64,000 nt of DNA from an uncultured delta proteobacterium (GTDB taxonomy: Bacteria; Desulfobacterota; Binatia; Binatales; Binataceae). The notes below the pieces were generated by a model. The model did no database searches, was not told the DNA's origin, and saw only the letters and a list, made by a program, of their open reading frames with translations. Positions 37,340-47,941 of the stretch are shown here, in pieces. Made by a program: the position numbers and the translations under genes. The stretch lies in the NCBI GenBank assembly GCA_963710455.1, contig CAVQAG010000017.1, positions 68,064-132,063 on the forward strand, given 5' to 3'. How positions within the stretch are numbered: the stretch's first letter is position 1; each line of letters opens with the position of its first letter.

Positions 37340-38895
37340 TTGGCTGCCACGGATTTGGAGTCGAGCAACGCGGCGAGGGCGCGCGCGTCATGCTGGCGGC
37401 GATCGATACGCGCCTGGGCGGCGTGGACGCGGCCGAGCAACGCGCCCACCGACGGCTCCATCCGGCTCAGCAGCGGCCGCGGATAGAGCCCCATGAACAG
37501 CATCAACACCACCAGCGGCGCCATCACCGCAATCTCGCGCGCGCTCAGGTCGGCGATCGTTTCGTTGACGGCCTTGGTGATCGGACCGAACCACACGCGC
37601 TCGTACGCATAGAGCATATAGAGCGCACTGAGGATGAGGCCCACGACCGCGATTTCGGCGGCCAGCGATTTGCTCAGGTAGGTCCCGACGAGGATCAGGA
37701 ACTCGCCGACAAAGCCGTTGAGCCCGGGCAATCCGATCGACGAGAGCATCACCACCATAAAGACAGCGGCGAAGATCGGAACGCTCTTCCAGAGTCCGCC
37801 GAACTCGGCGATCTCGCGCGTGTGGCGGCGCAGATAGATCATCCCGATCAGCAAAAACAGCCCGCCGGTCGAAATTCCGTGATTCAGCATCTGGTAAATC
37901 GCGCCCTCCATCCCCTGCGGGTCGAGCGCGAAGATGCCGAGCATCACAAAACCCAGGTGACTGACCGAGGAGTAGGCAACGAGGCGTTTCAAGTCCGGCT
38001 GCACCATCGCGACCAGCGCGCCATAAATGATTCCGACCACCGCGAGCGCCAGGAACAGCGGCGCGGCTTCGATCGCGATCTCCGGAAAGAGCGGGATCGC
38101 GAAACGCAGGAAGCCGTACGTCCCCATCTTCAGCATCACGCCGGCCAGGATGACCGAACCGGCGGTGGGCGCCTCGGTATGCGCGTCGGGCAGCCAGGTA
38201 TGCACCGGCCACATCGGCACCTTGATCGCAAAGGCGAGCGCGAAGGCGGCGAAGAGCCAGGTGGCCTCGCGATGGCTCAGCGGCACGCTGTAGAGCGCCG
38301 GCAGATCGAAAGTCAGATGACCCAGATGAGCGCGCGCGGCGCCCACCAGGTAGAGAATGGCGACGAGCATCAGGATCGAGCCGAGCATCGTGTACAGGAT
38401 GAACTTGAAAGCGGCGTAGTATTTGCGCCCGTGCCCCCAAATTCCGATCAGGAAGTACATCGGAATCAGCATCAGTTCCCAGAAGGTGTAGAACAGAAAC
38501 AGGTCGACCGCGAGCAGCGTGCCCAGCAGCCCCATCTCCAGCACCAGCATGAAGAAGCAGAACTCGCGCGGCCGCGTCTCAATATCGCCACCGCCCGAGT
38601 AGAGCATCGAGAGCGAGAACAGCACCGTCGTCAGCAGCACCAGAAAGAGGCTGATCCCGTCGATCCCGACGTGATACGAGATGCCGAACTGCGGAATCCA
38701 CGAGTATTGTTCGACGAACTGGTAGCCGGCCTGCGCCGGGTCGAACGCCGCGAAGAGATAGATCGAGATGGCGAGCGGGATGAGCGAGAAGATGAAGCCG
38801 GCGCGCCAGGTCGCGCGCGCCTCGGGCTGCGCCAGGACGAACAGCGCGCCCAGTAGCGGAGTGAAGATCAGAGCAGTCAGCCAGGAGACGCCCAT
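37336..38895 (-). CDS. nuoM: NADH-quinone oxidoreductase subunit M
   Basis: GIDGIS, FWELMLIP, HTWLPDAHTEAPT, LKMGTYG, GLNGFVGE. Confidence 0.95.
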   Translation of the reverse strand: MGVSWLTALIFTPLLGALFVLAQPEARATWRAGFIFSLIPLAISIYLFAAFDPAQAGYQFVEQYSWIPQFGISYHVGIDGISLFLVLLTTVLFSLSMLYSGGGDIETRPREFCFFMLVLEMGLLGTLLAVDLFLFYTFWELMLIPMYFLIGIWGHGRKYYAAFKFILYTMLGSILMLVAILYLVGAARAHLGHLTFDLPALYSVPLSHREATWLFAAFALAFAIKVPMWPVHTWLPDAHTEAPTAGSVILAGVMLKMGTYGFLRFAIPLFPEIAIEAAPLFLALAVVGIIYGALVAMVQPDLKRLVAYSSVSHLGFVMLGIFALDPQGMEGAIYQMLNHGISTGGLFLLIGMIYLRRHTREIAEFGGLWKSVPIFAAVFMVVMLSSIGLPGLNGFVGEFLILVGTYLSKSLAAEIAVVGLILSALYMLYAYERVWFGPITKAVNETIADLSAREIAVMAPLVVLMLFMGLYPRPLLSRMEPSVGALLGRVHAAQARIDRRQHDARALAALLDSKSVAAK

Positions 38896-40817
38896 CAGCG
38901 CACCATCACCAGGTAAACGTAATACGCGACGATCCCCACCGCGCCGAGCAGGTACACAAACGCGTACACCTGGACGTTTCCGGTTTCCGAGCGCCGTGTG
39001 ACCTCGCCCGCCTCTTCCATCCCAAGCCCGGCGCCATTGACGATTCCGTCGATCACACCGTTGTCGACGCCGCGGTTCAGCACGTTTTCCGAGCCCCAGA
39101 ACAGGAAGCGCCCGAATACCAGGTTGTAGAGTTCGTCGACGTAGTACTTGCGCACCAGCAACCGGTAGAACGCGCTAGCACCGGCTGCGATCCTTTCGGG
39201 CAACTCGGGCCGACTGATGTAAAAAAGCTGGGCCAAGAGGAAACCGATTAGCGTCGCCAGAAGCGCGGCCAGCCCGATCGCCATAGTGAAGATGCCGTGC
39301 GCGGCTTCGGTATGGAACGGACCGAAGACGGGCCCGAGAAAGCGTGTGAACGCGCCGCCCCAGAGCCATCCGTTAGGCAGCTCAACCCATCCGCCGATCA
39401 CCGAGAGTACCCCCAGAACGATTAGCGGCACGGTCATCACTGGCGGAGATTCATGCACGTGCTTGTCGGGCGCGACCCGCGATGTTCCATGAAAGGTAAG
39501 GAACAGCAGGCGAAACATATAAAACGCCGTCAGGCCGGCGGTGACGACACCGAGGAACCACAGGCCCCCAAAACCCGCGTCAAGCGTGCGCTCCAGGATG
39601 AGATCCTTGGAGAAGTAGCCCGAAAATCCGGGTACGGCGCTGATCGCGAGCGTCGCCGCGAGCATCGTGGCGTAAGTTACCGGCATCCGGCGCCAGAGTG
39701 CGCCCATCCGCGTCATGTCCTGTTCGCCGTCGAGCGCATGGATGATCGAGCCCGAGCAGAGGAATAGCAGGCCCTTGAAAAACGCGTGCGTCATCACGTG
39801 AAAGATTCCGGCCGCGAACGCGCCCGCGCCCACGCCCATGAACATGTAGCCGAGCTGGCTGATAGTCGAGTAGGCGAGCACGCGCTTGATGTCAGTTTGG
39901 ACTACCGCGATGGTGGCGGCGAAGAACGCAGTCACCGCGCCGATGACCGCGACCACGTACATTGCATCGGGCGTGAGCGTGTAAAGAAAATGCATCCGCG
40001 CAATCATGTAAACGCCGGCGGTCACCATCGTGGCGGCATGAATAAGCGCGCTCACCGGAGTCGGACCGACCATCGCGTCGGGCAGCCACACGTAGAGCGG
40101 AATCTGCGCGGACTTGCCGGTCGCACCCAGCAGCAACAACAGCCCGGCGATCGTCGCCACTGGAGCGAGCATCGCGCGATGAGCCTGCAATTCGGCAAAA
40201 TTGAGCGACCACACTCCATGCGCAGCCAGCGCGGAGAGGATCGTCAGGATGCCCAGGATGAAGCCGGCGTCGCCGACGCGGTTCGCCACGAAAGCCTTGC
40301 GCCCGTTGTAGGCGAACTGCGGATTGTCGTACCAGAATGCAATCAGCAGGTACGAGCACAGGCCCACGCCCTCCCAGCCGACGAACATCAGCAGCAGGTT
40401 GTCCGCCAACACCAGTATCAGCATCGAGAGCGCGAACAGGTTCATGTACGCGAAGTAGCGCGCGAAGCCCCGGTCATGGGCCATGTAGCCGACGGAGTAG
40501 AGATGGATTATCGCGCCGACCCCGCTGACGATCAGAGTCATCACGGCGGAGAGCGCGTCGAAGCGTAGCGCGATCGCGGTATGGAATTGGCCCGCGACTA
40601 TCCACGGCCACAGCGTCACCTCGAGCACCGCGCCCGCCGGCGTCGCCAGCAGCCGCGCGAACGCCCATAGCGCGATCGCAAACGCGAGGAACATCACTCC
40701 CGGGCCGACGAGATTGACCGCGCCGCGCCCGGCGCGATCGCCATAGAAGAGGTTGAAGAGGAAGCCCAGCGCCGGGAACAGCAGGATCAGCGCGAGCGCG
40801 GGAAATTGAGCCGTCAT
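38895..40817 (-). CDS. nuoL: NADH-quinone oxidoreductase subunit L
   Basis: GWEGVGLCSY, NRVGD, KSAQIPLYVWLPDAMVGPTPVSALIHAATMV, THAFFK. Confidence 0.95.
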   Translation of the reverse strand: MTAQFPALALILLFPALGFLFNLFYGDRAGRGAVNLVGPGVMFLAFAIALWAFARLLATPAGAVLEVTLWPWIVAGQFHTAIALRFDALSAVMTLIVSGVGAIIHLYSVGYMAHDRGFARYFAYMNLFALSMLILVLADNLLLMFVGWEGVGLCSYLLIAFWYDNPQFAYNGRKAFVANRVGDAGFILGILTILSALAAHGVWSLNFAELQAHRAMLAPVATIAGLLLLLGATGKSAQIPLYVWLPDAMVGPTPVSALIHAATMVTAGVYMIARMHFLYTLTPDAMYVVAVIGAVTAFFAATIAVVQTDIKRVLAYSTISQLGYMFMGVGAGAFAAGIFHVMTHAFFKGLLFLCSGSIIHALDGEQDMTRMGALWRRMPVTYATMLAATLAISAVPGFSGYFSKDLILERTLDAGFGGLWFLGVVTAGLTAFYMFRLLFLTFHGTSRVAPDKHVHESPPVMTVPLIVLGVLSVIGGWVELPNGWLWGGAFTRFLGPVFGPFHTEAAHGIFTMAIGLAALLATLIGFLLAQLFYISRPELPERIAAGASAFYRLLVRKYYVDELYNLVFGRFLFWGSENVLNRGVDNGVIDGIVNGAGLGMEEAGEVTRRSETGNVQVYAFVYLLGAVGIVAYYVYLVMVR

Positions 40818-40885
40818 GATATAGCCGTCAGGTTGGAGTCGTCAGATTCCGCCGTTGTCCGGTTTGCCGCCGCGCTTTTTGTTCT

Positions 40886-41188
40886 TCACCACCGCATCAG
40901 GTTGAGCTCGTCCGCATTGACGGTCTCACGGTTGCGGAAAACCGAGATGATAATCGCAAGTCCGACCGCGGCCTCGGCCGCCGCCACCGTCATCACGAAA
41001 AACACGATCACCTGCCCGTCCATCGAGCCCAGCCGACGCCCGAGCGCGACGAAAGCCAGGTTGACCGCGTTCAGCATGATCTCGATCGACATGAAGATCA
41101 CGATGGTGTTGCGGCGCAGAAGTACGCCCGCCACGCCGATCGTGAACAATACGGCGCTCAGACCCACCAGGTAGCTCATAGGAACCAT
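40886..41188 (-). CDS. nuoK: NADH-quinone oxidoreductase subunit K
   Basis: [21 protein letters not shown]. Confidence 0.95.
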   Translation of the reverse strand: MVPMSYLVGLSAVLFTIGVAGVLLRRNTIVIFMSIEIMLNAVNLAFVALGRRLGSMDGQVIVFFVMTVAAAEAAVGLAIIISVFRNRETVNADELNLMRW

Positions 41189-41190
41189 CG

Positions 41191-41826
41191 TCAGGCACCC
41201 TCGTGATGGGCCGTGGCTCCGGCCTCGGCAGCTCGAGCTTGCGCGCGGGCGGCGGCCGCCTGGGATTCAACCTCAGGCGTTCCGGCGATTCCTTGCCCGG
41301 TTGCCCTCAAGGCGCCGGCTTGCGGCGACGGCTCGCGGCGGCCGAGCGCAACCGCGCCAACGATCGCGGCCAACAGCAGCACCGAGGTTATTTCGAAGGA
41401 AATCAGATGGTCTGAAAAAAGCGTCGTCGCGAGTTTGTCGATCGATCCGTACCCAGCCGGTGCAAGATCCCGGGCGCCGGCGGCGGTGGGTGCGTGCCAC
41501 AGGAGCCCGAAGAGCTCGGCAATCAGCGCCGCGAACAGCAGGCCCGAAACAGCCTTGAGCGCCAGATGTCCCGGCGCGGTGCGCACTTCGGCTTGCAGAT
41601 TGAGCAACCAGATCACGAACAGGAACAGCACCATGATCGCGCCGGCGTAAACAATTATTTGCAAAAAGCCGACCGCCGTCGCGTCGAGCCCGATGAAGAG
41701 CACCGCGATCGTCAGTAGCGTCACCACCAGCGCGAGCAGGCAGTGCACCGGATTGCGCTGCGCCACCGTACCGATCGCCGAGAGGACCGACAACACGGCG
41801 AGAAAGATGAACACTCCGAGCGTCAT
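41191..41826 (-). CDS. nuoJ: NADH-quinone oxidoreductase subunit J
   Basis: [36 protein letters not shown]. Confidence 0.95.
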   Translation of the reverse strand: MTLGVFIFLAVLSVLSAIGTVAQRNPVHCLLALVVTLLTIAVLFIGLDATAVGFLQIIVYAGAIMVLFLFVIWLLNLQAEVRTAPGHLALKAVSGLLFAALIAELFGLLWHAPTAAGARDLAPAGYGSIDKLATTLFSDHLISFEITSVLLLAAIVGAVALGRREPSPQAGALRATGQGIAGTPEVESQAAAARAQARAAEAGATAHHEGA

Positions 41827-41849
41827 CTCAATTCAACGCCCTCGTCAAT

Positions 41850-42986
41850 TCAATGCGCCCCCGAAACCAGCACCACGACGATCGCGGTGACGACGACATT
41901 CGCAAGCCCGAGCGGGACCAGCCCCTTCCATCCCAGGCGCATCAACTGGTCGTAGCGTAAGCGCGGAAGCGTCCAGCGGATCAGGATCTGCAGCCAGCAG
42001 AATACGATGGTCTTGATCATGAAGGAGACCAGTCCAAGGATCGCGACCAGCAATTGCGGCAACCCGAAATGGGCGCCGCCGGGAAAGTGAAAACCGTCGC
42101 GATAGAGCCACGGCACCTGCCATCCGCCGAAAAAGAACACCGTGATCAGCACCGCCACCAGCACAATTTCGGCGAAATCGGTCATCATGAAGACCGCCTG
42201 CTTGCCGCCCGAGTACTCGGTGAAGTATCCCGCGACCAGCTCGGACTCGCCCTCGGGCAAATCGAACGGCACGCGCTTGGACTCGGCCATCCCGGCCGTG
42301 AGCAGCATCAGGAACGCCACGGGCTGCAGGCAGATTCCCCAGCGCGGCAAAAACCCGAACCATACTCCGCCTTGTGCATGGCACATCGCCTGCAAGTCGA
42401 GCGTCCCATAGGTCATCACCACCGAGATGATCGCCAGGCCGAGGCCAATTTCATAGGAAATCATCTGCGCGGAGGCGCGGATACCGCCGAGCAACGCCCA
42501 GCGGTTATTGGAGGCCCATCCGCCGAGCGCGACGCCGTAAACGCCGATTCCGATCGTCGCCAGGATATACAGCGCGGCGGCGTTGATATTGGCCGCCTGC
42601 AGCGTGATCGTGCGCGATCCGATTTGCACCACGTCGCCGAATGGCACCACCGCGAAGGTGATTATCACGGGAAACAGCGCGAGGAACGGTGCGAGCGCGT
42701 GAAGGAATTTGTCCGCGCCGTCGGGCACGAAGTCTTCCTTGGTAAAAAGCTTTAACGGATCCGCGAGCAAGGTATTGACCACGCCGAAGTTAGGCAGGCC
42801 CATCCGCTTCCCGAGCCCGGTTATCGACGCGCGATTGGCGCCGATACGGTCTTGGATAAGCGCGCTGCCCTTGCGCTCGACCCACAACAGGACGCCCGCC
42901 AGGTTCAGCACCATGACCACGACGATAATCGCCTTGATCGCTTCTATTAAGAGGTCAATCAGCACAGGGGTAAAGCTCGTCGACAA
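41850..42986 (-). CDS. nuoH: NADH-quinone oxidoreductase subunit H (start uncertain, may be GTG at 42965)
   Basis: ERK...QDRIGANR, ADPLKLFTKED, AQMISYE, PFDLPEGESELVAGY, PRLRYDQLM. Confidence 0.95.
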   Translation of the reverse strand: MSTSFTPVLIDLLIEAIKAIIVVVMVLNLAGVLLWVERKGSALIQDRIGANRASITGLGKRMGLPNFGVVNTLLADPLKLFTKEDFVPDGADKFLHALAPFLALFPVIITFAVVPFGDVVQIGSRTITLQAANINAAALYILATIGIGVYGVALGGWASNNRWALLGGIRASAQMISYEIGLGLAIISVVMTYGTLDLQAMCHAQGGVWFGFLPRWGICLQPVAFLMLLTAGMAESKRVPFDLPEGESELVAGYFTEYSGGKQAVFMMTDFAEIVLVAVLITVFFFGGWQVPWLYRDGFHFPGGAHFGLPQLLVAILGLVSFMIKTIVFCWLQILIRWTLPRLRYDQLMRLGWKGLVPLGLANVVVTAIVVVLVSGAH

Positions 42987-43363
42987 GTTCTTCCATAAGT
43001 TGGGCGGTAGAAGCCGAGCAACGCGCAGGATTGTCGAGCGCGGCAGGAGAGGAGCGCATTTCAGAGCTGGTCGCGGCCGACTGCACTATAACCTGACCTT
43101 CAAAAGGAGAATTTTCCGTGTTCTGAGAGCTAATGGCCAATCGAGAAATCTTAAAATAGGTAACTCAAATCGGCGGGCCGCGCCAGAGCGCCGGCGTGAA
43201 GCGGGACGGCAGGCGCAAACTTGCGGCAATCGGGAGACTGGGCTATGGTCCGCCCGTCGGCCCGGGGACGCCGAAAGATTTAATCGTTGCGACACCGATT
43301 CGTCATACGGTCAAGCGCCGCATGCTCCCGAGCAAGCCGCGGCGGAGGGGGATCGCGCGCGCG

Positions 43364-43927
43364 ATGAGAGTTATCGCCGGCGACGCTCATGGACGTCGGC
43401 TCCGCGCGCCACGCGGATTGACCACGCGACCGGCAACCGCGCGCGTGCGCGCTTCCATTTTCTCGCGGCTGGCCGCGCGCACGGACCTTAGCGGCGCGCG
43501 CGTGCTCGATCTCTTCGCGGGCAGCGGCTCGCTGGGGCTGGAGGCGCTCTCGCGCGGCGCGGCACGGGCGGTTTTCGTCGATTCCTCGCGCGCGGCGGCC
43601 AGTGCGATACGCGACAACCTGCGCGTGCTTGGTCTGGAGGAACGGGCGGAAGTGATGGTAGCCGGGGTCGAGCGCGCGATCGCCGCTTTGCAAGCGCGCG
43701 GCGACCGCTTCGAGCTGGTGTTCGTCGACGCGCCGTATCGCGACGATACGAGCGCCGCGGTGCTCCGGGCGCTTGCGGAGGGGGGATTGCTTGGCGTGGA
43801 CGCCTACGTGGTCGTGCGGCAGGCCGGCCGCGCGCCGGAGATTTCACCGGCGGGACTCGAGGCGATCAATTGTGCAACCCTGGGCGATCATCGGATCGCC
43901 CTTTACCGCGCGCCGGCGGCGCGCTAG
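43364..43927 (+). CDS. rsmD: 16S rRNA (guanine966-N2)-methyltransferase
   Basis: MRVIAG, TRP, LDLFAGSGSLGLEALSRGA, DAPY. Confidence 0.9.
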   Translation: MRVIAGDAHGRRLRAPRGLTTRPATARVRASIFSRLAARTDLSGARVLDLFAGSGSLGLEALSRGAARAVFVDSSRAAASAIRDNLRVLGLEERAEVMVAGVERAIAALQARGDRFELVFVDAPYRDDTSAAVLRALAEGGLLGVDAYVVVRQAGRAPEISPAGLEAINCATLGDHRIALYRAPAAR

Positions 43928-43941
43928 CTCAACGGCGTGGC

Positions 43942-44457
43942 ATGGTGAACAAAGGCAAGGATTCGAAACCCAAGTGCGCGATCTACCCGGGGACGTTTGA
44001 CCCGATTCACAACGGGCACATCGACGTCATCCGCCGCTGCGTCGCCATCTTCGACGAGGTGATCGTCGCGGTGGCCTACAATCCGCACAAGGATCCCGCG
44101 CTGTTCTCGCCCGACGAACGGGTCGAGATGATCCGCGAGACCATCCGCGACCTCGAGCCTCGGGCCCGGGTCGACAAGTTCAGCGGCCTCTCGGTCGATT
44201 ACGCCCAGCGCATCGGCGCGCATATCATCATCCGCAGCCTCCGCGCCGTGACCGACTTCGACTACGAGCTGCAGATGGCGCACATGAACAACCAGATGTG
44301 GCCACAGGTCGAAACCGTGTTCCTGTTTGCCAACCCCAAGCTGTTCTTCTCGGCCTCGCGGCTGATCAAGGAGGTCGCGAGCCACGGCAAGCGTCTTCCG
44401 GAGCTGGTGCCCGAGCTGGTGATGAACCGGCTGCGCGCCAAACTCAAAATCGACTGA
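43942..44457 (+). CDS. coaD: Pantetheine-phosphate adenylyltransferase
   Basis: YPGTFDPIHNGH, RSLRAVTDFDYE; conserved rsmD-coaD order. Confidence 0.93.
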   Translation: MVNKGKDSKPKCAIYPGTFDPIHNGHIDVIRRCVAIFDEVIVAVAYNPHKDPALFSPDERVEMIRETIRDLEPRARVDKFSGLSVDYAQRIGAHIIIRSLRAVTDFDYELQMAHMNNQMWPQVETVFLFANPKLFFSASRLIKEVASHGKRLPELVPELVMNRLRAKLKID

Positions 44458-44533
44458 GCCCGCCGCGTCTGCTAGGCTTGGCTGTCTCGCGCGCCGCTGA
44501 TGGCGCGCCATTTTGTCCAGCCAGGAACATGAG

Positions 44534-45736
44534 ATGCTCAAGCTCAACCGCAGAGTAGCCGCGATCAAGTCGTCGGCCACGTTGGCGGCCGACGCGCGCG
44601 CGACCGAATTGCGGGCGGCGGGCGTCGACGTCATCCCGCTGGCCGCCGGCGAGCCCGATTTCGACACCCCCGAACGCATCAAGGAAGCCGCGCGTCGTGC
44701 GCTCAGCGCGGGCAAGACCAAGTACACGCCGGTGGGCGGAACGCGCGAGCTTAAGGACGCGATCCGCCTCAAGCTCAAACGCGACAACCATCTCGAGTAC
44801 GAGCCGGCCGAAATAATGGCCTCGGCCGGAAGCAAGCCGGCCGAGTACAACATTATCGCGAGTCTCTTCGACGAGGGCGACGAAGTGATCGTGCCGACGC
44901 CGGCGTGGGTCAGCTTCGTCGCGATGATCCAGCTAAGCGGCGCCGAGCCCAAACTGGTCGCCTGCCCGGAGAGCAATGGCTTCCTGCTCGACCCGGAGCG
45001 GCTGCGTAAGGCGATCGGACCGCGCACCCGCGGCATCATGCTCAATTCGCCCTCCAATCCGACCGGTGCGGTTTTCAGCGCAGAGCAACTCGGCGCGATC
45101 GCGCGCGTGCTGGCGGAGTTCCCCGAAGTATGGGTGATGTCGGACGACGCCTACGAGCACATCGGTTACGTCGGCCGCATTCCGCACATCTTCGAGATCG
45201 AGCCGCGCCTGAAACAGCATGGGATCGTGTTCAACACGCTGTCGAAAGCCTACGCGATGACCGGATGGCGCATCGGCTTCGCGGCCGGACCGCGCGAGGC
45301 AATCGGCGCGGCAACGCGTCTGCAAAGCCAGAACAGTGGCAATCCGAATTCGATCGCGCAGGCCGCCGCGGTGGAAGCGCTGACCGGACCGCAGGACGAA
45401 ATCGCCACGATGGCGGCCGAGTTCCAGGCGCGGCGCGACCTGGTGGTTGAGCGGATGCGCCGGGTTCCCGGCTTCGGCCTGCCCAACGTGCCCGAGGGCG
45501 CGTTCTACGCGTTTCCCAACGTGTCGGCGATGCTCGAGCGCGAATATAAAGGCGCGCTGATCGGCGACGGCGACCGGCTGGCCTCGATCATCCTCGACGA
45601 CGCGCAGGTCGCGATCGTCGGCGGCAATGACTTCGACGCGCCGAATCACGTGCGCCTGTCGTACGCGACCTCGCGCGAAAAGATCAATGAGGCCTTCGAT
45701 CGAATGGAACGCCTGGCGCGCGAGATCATGCGCTAG
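44534..45736 (+). CDS. Class I/II PLP aminotransferase (aspartate aminotransferase-like)
   Basis: GEPDFDTP, NSPSNPTG, DDAY, SKAYAMTGWRIG. Confidence 0.9.
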   Translation: MLKLNRRVAAIKSSATLAADARATELRAAGVDVIPLAAGEPDFDTPERIKEAARRALSAGKTKYTPVGGTRELKDAIRLKLKRDNHLEYEPAEIMASAGSKPAEYNIIASLFDEGDEVIVPTPAWVSFVAMIQLSGAEPKLVACPESNGFLLDPERLRKAIGPRTRGIMLNSPSNPTGAVFSAEQLGAIARVLAEFPEVWVMSDDAYEHIGYVGRIPHIFEIEPRLKQHGIVFNTLSKAYAMTGWRIGFAAGPREAIGAATRLQSQNSGNPNSIAQAAAVEALTGPQDEIATMAAEFQARRDLVVERMRRVPGFGLPNVPEGAFYAFPNVSAMLEREYKGALIGDGDRLASIILDDAQVAIVGGNDFDAPNHVRLSYATSREKINEAFDRMERLAREIMR

Positions 45737-45769
45737 AGATCGCGCGAGGAAGCGGGCGGTGGCGCGCCG

Positions 45770-46198
45770 CTAACGGCGCCAGGGCGCGGGCAACTCGCCG
45801 GTGCGGATGAAGCGCAAATAGTCCATAAGAATCTCGGCGTGGTCAAACGCCAGCGGGGCGGGCGGCGCGTCGGGCGCGAACAATCCAATGCCCTTGGCGT
45901 CGTCGGCAGCGCGCGGCTCACCATGCGCGCGTCCCACGTAAACCACGCTAACCGTCTGACCGCGCGGATCGCGGTCGGGACGCGAGTACACGCCGAGCAG
46001 CGCGCGCAACTCGACTTCGAGCGTGGTCTCTTCGCGCAGTTCGCGCACGGCGGCATCTTCCACCGTCTCGCCGACATCGACGAAGCCGCCGGGAATCGCC
46101 CATCCGAAGGGGAAGTTGCGCCGCTCGATCAGCACGATATTGGTGCCGATCTCCGCGATCACGTCAGCCGCGATTGGTGGGCATATTGGCCTCGGCAT
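45770..46198 (-). CDS. NUDIX hydrolase (ADP-ribose pyrophosphatase-like)
   Basis: Nudix box GGFVDVGETVEDAAVRELREET, RDPR, LAFDH. Confidence 0.92.
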   Translation of the reverse strand: MPRPICPPIAADVIAEIGTNIVLIERRNFPFGWAIPGGFVDVGETVEDAAVRELREETTLEVELRALLGVYSRPDRDPRGQTVSVVYVGRAHGEPRAADDAKGIGLFAPDAPPAPLAFDHAEILMDYLRFIRTGELPAPWRR

Positions 46199-46319
46199 GG
46201 TCAAAGTTTAACACTCCGCGCCTCGCGACGCATCGGACGCATTGAGCGCTGGCGCGGCGCGGAAGAAGGCTCTCGCCGTTTGACAATGGATCGCGCGAAC
46301 CACAAAGTTCTTGACTGAG

Positions 46320-47342
46320 ATGCAAGTCGCACGGCTTTACGATTTCGGCGATATTCGTGTCGAGCAGGATCCGCGCCCCGCGCCTGGCCCCGACGAAATC
46401 CTGGTGCGCGCCCGCGCCTGTGGCATTTGCTCGGGCGACATCATGCCCTGGTATATCCGGCGCAAGGCGCCGCTGGTGCTGGGCCACGAACCGGTTGGCG
46501 TGGTCGAGGAGGTTGGAGCCGCGGTGCGCGAGTTTCGCCGCGGCGAGCGCGTTTTCGTCCATCATCACGCGCCCTGTTTTGAGTGCGCGTCGTGCCGGCG
46601 CGGGCAGTATGTGCAGTGCGCGACCTGGCGCGCGACCAAAATCGTGCCCGGCGGAATGGCCGAGTACTTCGTGGTGGGCGCGCATAACCAGCGCGACACG
46701 CTGCGCCTGCCCGACGCGATTGGCGATGCCGACGGAGTGCTGATCGAACCCGCGGCATGCGTGGTCAAGTCGCTCCGGCGCTCGGGCTTCAAGCGCGACG
46801 AAAGCATTCTGATCATCGGTCTCGGGATCATGGGGATGATGCACGTCGTGCTCGCGCGCCATCTCGGAGCGGGGCGCATAATCGGCGCTGACCTGTTCGA
46901 GACCCGCGCGCGCCGCGCCGTCGCGCTGGGCGCGGACACGGGTCTGGTAGTTTCGAGCGATGACCTGGTCGAGCAGGTGCGCGAGGTAACCGGCGGTACG
47001 ATGGCCGACGTGGTTATCGTCGGTCCCGGAAACGCCAAAGCGATCGCGCAGGGTATTGCGGCGGCCGGCAAGGGCGCGACGGTGGTGCAGTTTACCGCCA
47101 CGCCACCCGAGGACGAGATGACGCTTAAGCCGCACGACCTCTATTTCAACGAGACGCGGCTGGTGCCGAGCTATTCCTGCGGGCCCGAGGACACGCGCGA
47201 GGCGATGGCGCTGGTGGAGCGCGCAGTGCTACGCGCCGCTGACCTGGTGACGCATAGCTTTCCGCTTGAGCGCGTGACCGAAGCCTACGCGATGGCGCAA
47301 AAGCCCGAATCACTCAAGGTGATCGTCACCTTCCCGGAGTAG
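46320..47342 (+). CDS. Zinc-dependent medium-chain dehydrogenase
   Basis: CGICSGD, GHE, CFECASC...C structural Zn site, GLGIMG Rossmann motif. Confidence 0.9.
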   Translation: MQVARLYDFGDIRVEQDPRPAPGPDEILVRARACGICSGDIMPWYIRRKAPLVLGHEPVGVVEEVGAAVREFRRGERVFVHHHAPCFECASCRRGQYVQCATWRATKIVPGGMAEYFVVGAHNQRDTLRLPDAIGDADGVLIEPAACVVKSLRRSGFKRDESILIIGLGIMGMMHVVLARHLGAGRIIGADLFETRARRAVALGADTGLVVSSDDLVEQVREVTGGTMADVVIVGPGNAKAIAQGIAAAGKGATVVQFTATPPEDEMTLKPHDLYFNETRLVPSYSCGPEDTREAMALVERAVLRAADLVTHSFPLERVTEAYAMAQKPESLKVIVTFPE

Positions 47343-47462
47343 TGAGAGAAATCACACTCGGCGAATTCCGCCAGACGCCGCCAGACAGCACGCGAACCAG
47401 CACGAAGCCGGACTGCCCCGTCGTCCCGTGGACCGCGACGGCAGTAGCCGGGACCACGCACA

Positions 47463-47496
47463 AGGAAAGGGGCGGTTGTGAAGCCGCCCTCTTCCT
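47463..47496. terminator. Hairpin between convergent genes (probable terminator)
   Basis: AGGAAAGGGGCGG-TTGTGAAG-CCGCCCTCTTCCT. Confidence 0.55.
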
Positions 47497-47512
47497 ATGC
47501 GCGGGTTGAAAA

Positions 47513-47941
47513 CTACGGAGTCGACGGCGCTGGCGCCGCAGGAGCCGGCGCTGGAGCAGCAGCGCCGCTGTCGGCCGGCGCAGGTGCCGGAGCTGAGGTC
47601 GTGTGCATCACATGGTGATGAACATGGTGCATCACGTGATGATGCACGTGATGACCGCCACCGCCCTCAGTTTTCATCGCTATCGCCTCAGCGCGATCTG
47701 CAGCGGCCTTCGCATCAGCCGCGGCCTGCTCGGTGCGTGTGGCGGCGGCCTGCGCAGCAGCGGCCGACTGCTGCGCCGAATTGGCGGCAGCTTCAGCGCT
47801 CTGTGCCGAGGAAGCGGCCTGCGTAGCTGCCGCTTGAGCCTTCTGCGCGGCGTCCTGCCCACCGCATCCAACCGCAACTAGTGCGAGAGCCAATGCAGCC
47901 CCGGCACATGCGATCATCTTCGAAGTTTTTAACCCTTCCAT
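47513..47941 (-). CDS. Alanine-zipper lipoprotein with His-rich repeat and Pro/Ala tail
   Basis: AGGAGG RBS, lipobox AVGC, Ala/Gln-rich coil, (HHVHHHVM)2 repeat. Confidence 0.78.
   Translation of the reverse strand: MEGLKTSKMIACAGAALALALVAVGCGGQDAAQKAQAAATQAASSAQSAEAAANSAQQSAAAAQAAATRTEQAAADAKAAADRAEAIAMKTEGGGGHHVHHHVMHHVHHHVMHTTSAPAPAPADSGAAAPAPAPAAPAPSTP

Noticed and set aside
37390-38856. Long antisense ORF (488 aa) and similar shadow ORFs, e.g. 17541-18539 and 25504-26592
   Set aside because: They lie opposite well-supported genes, have no motifs, and are expected from high-GC codon bias.
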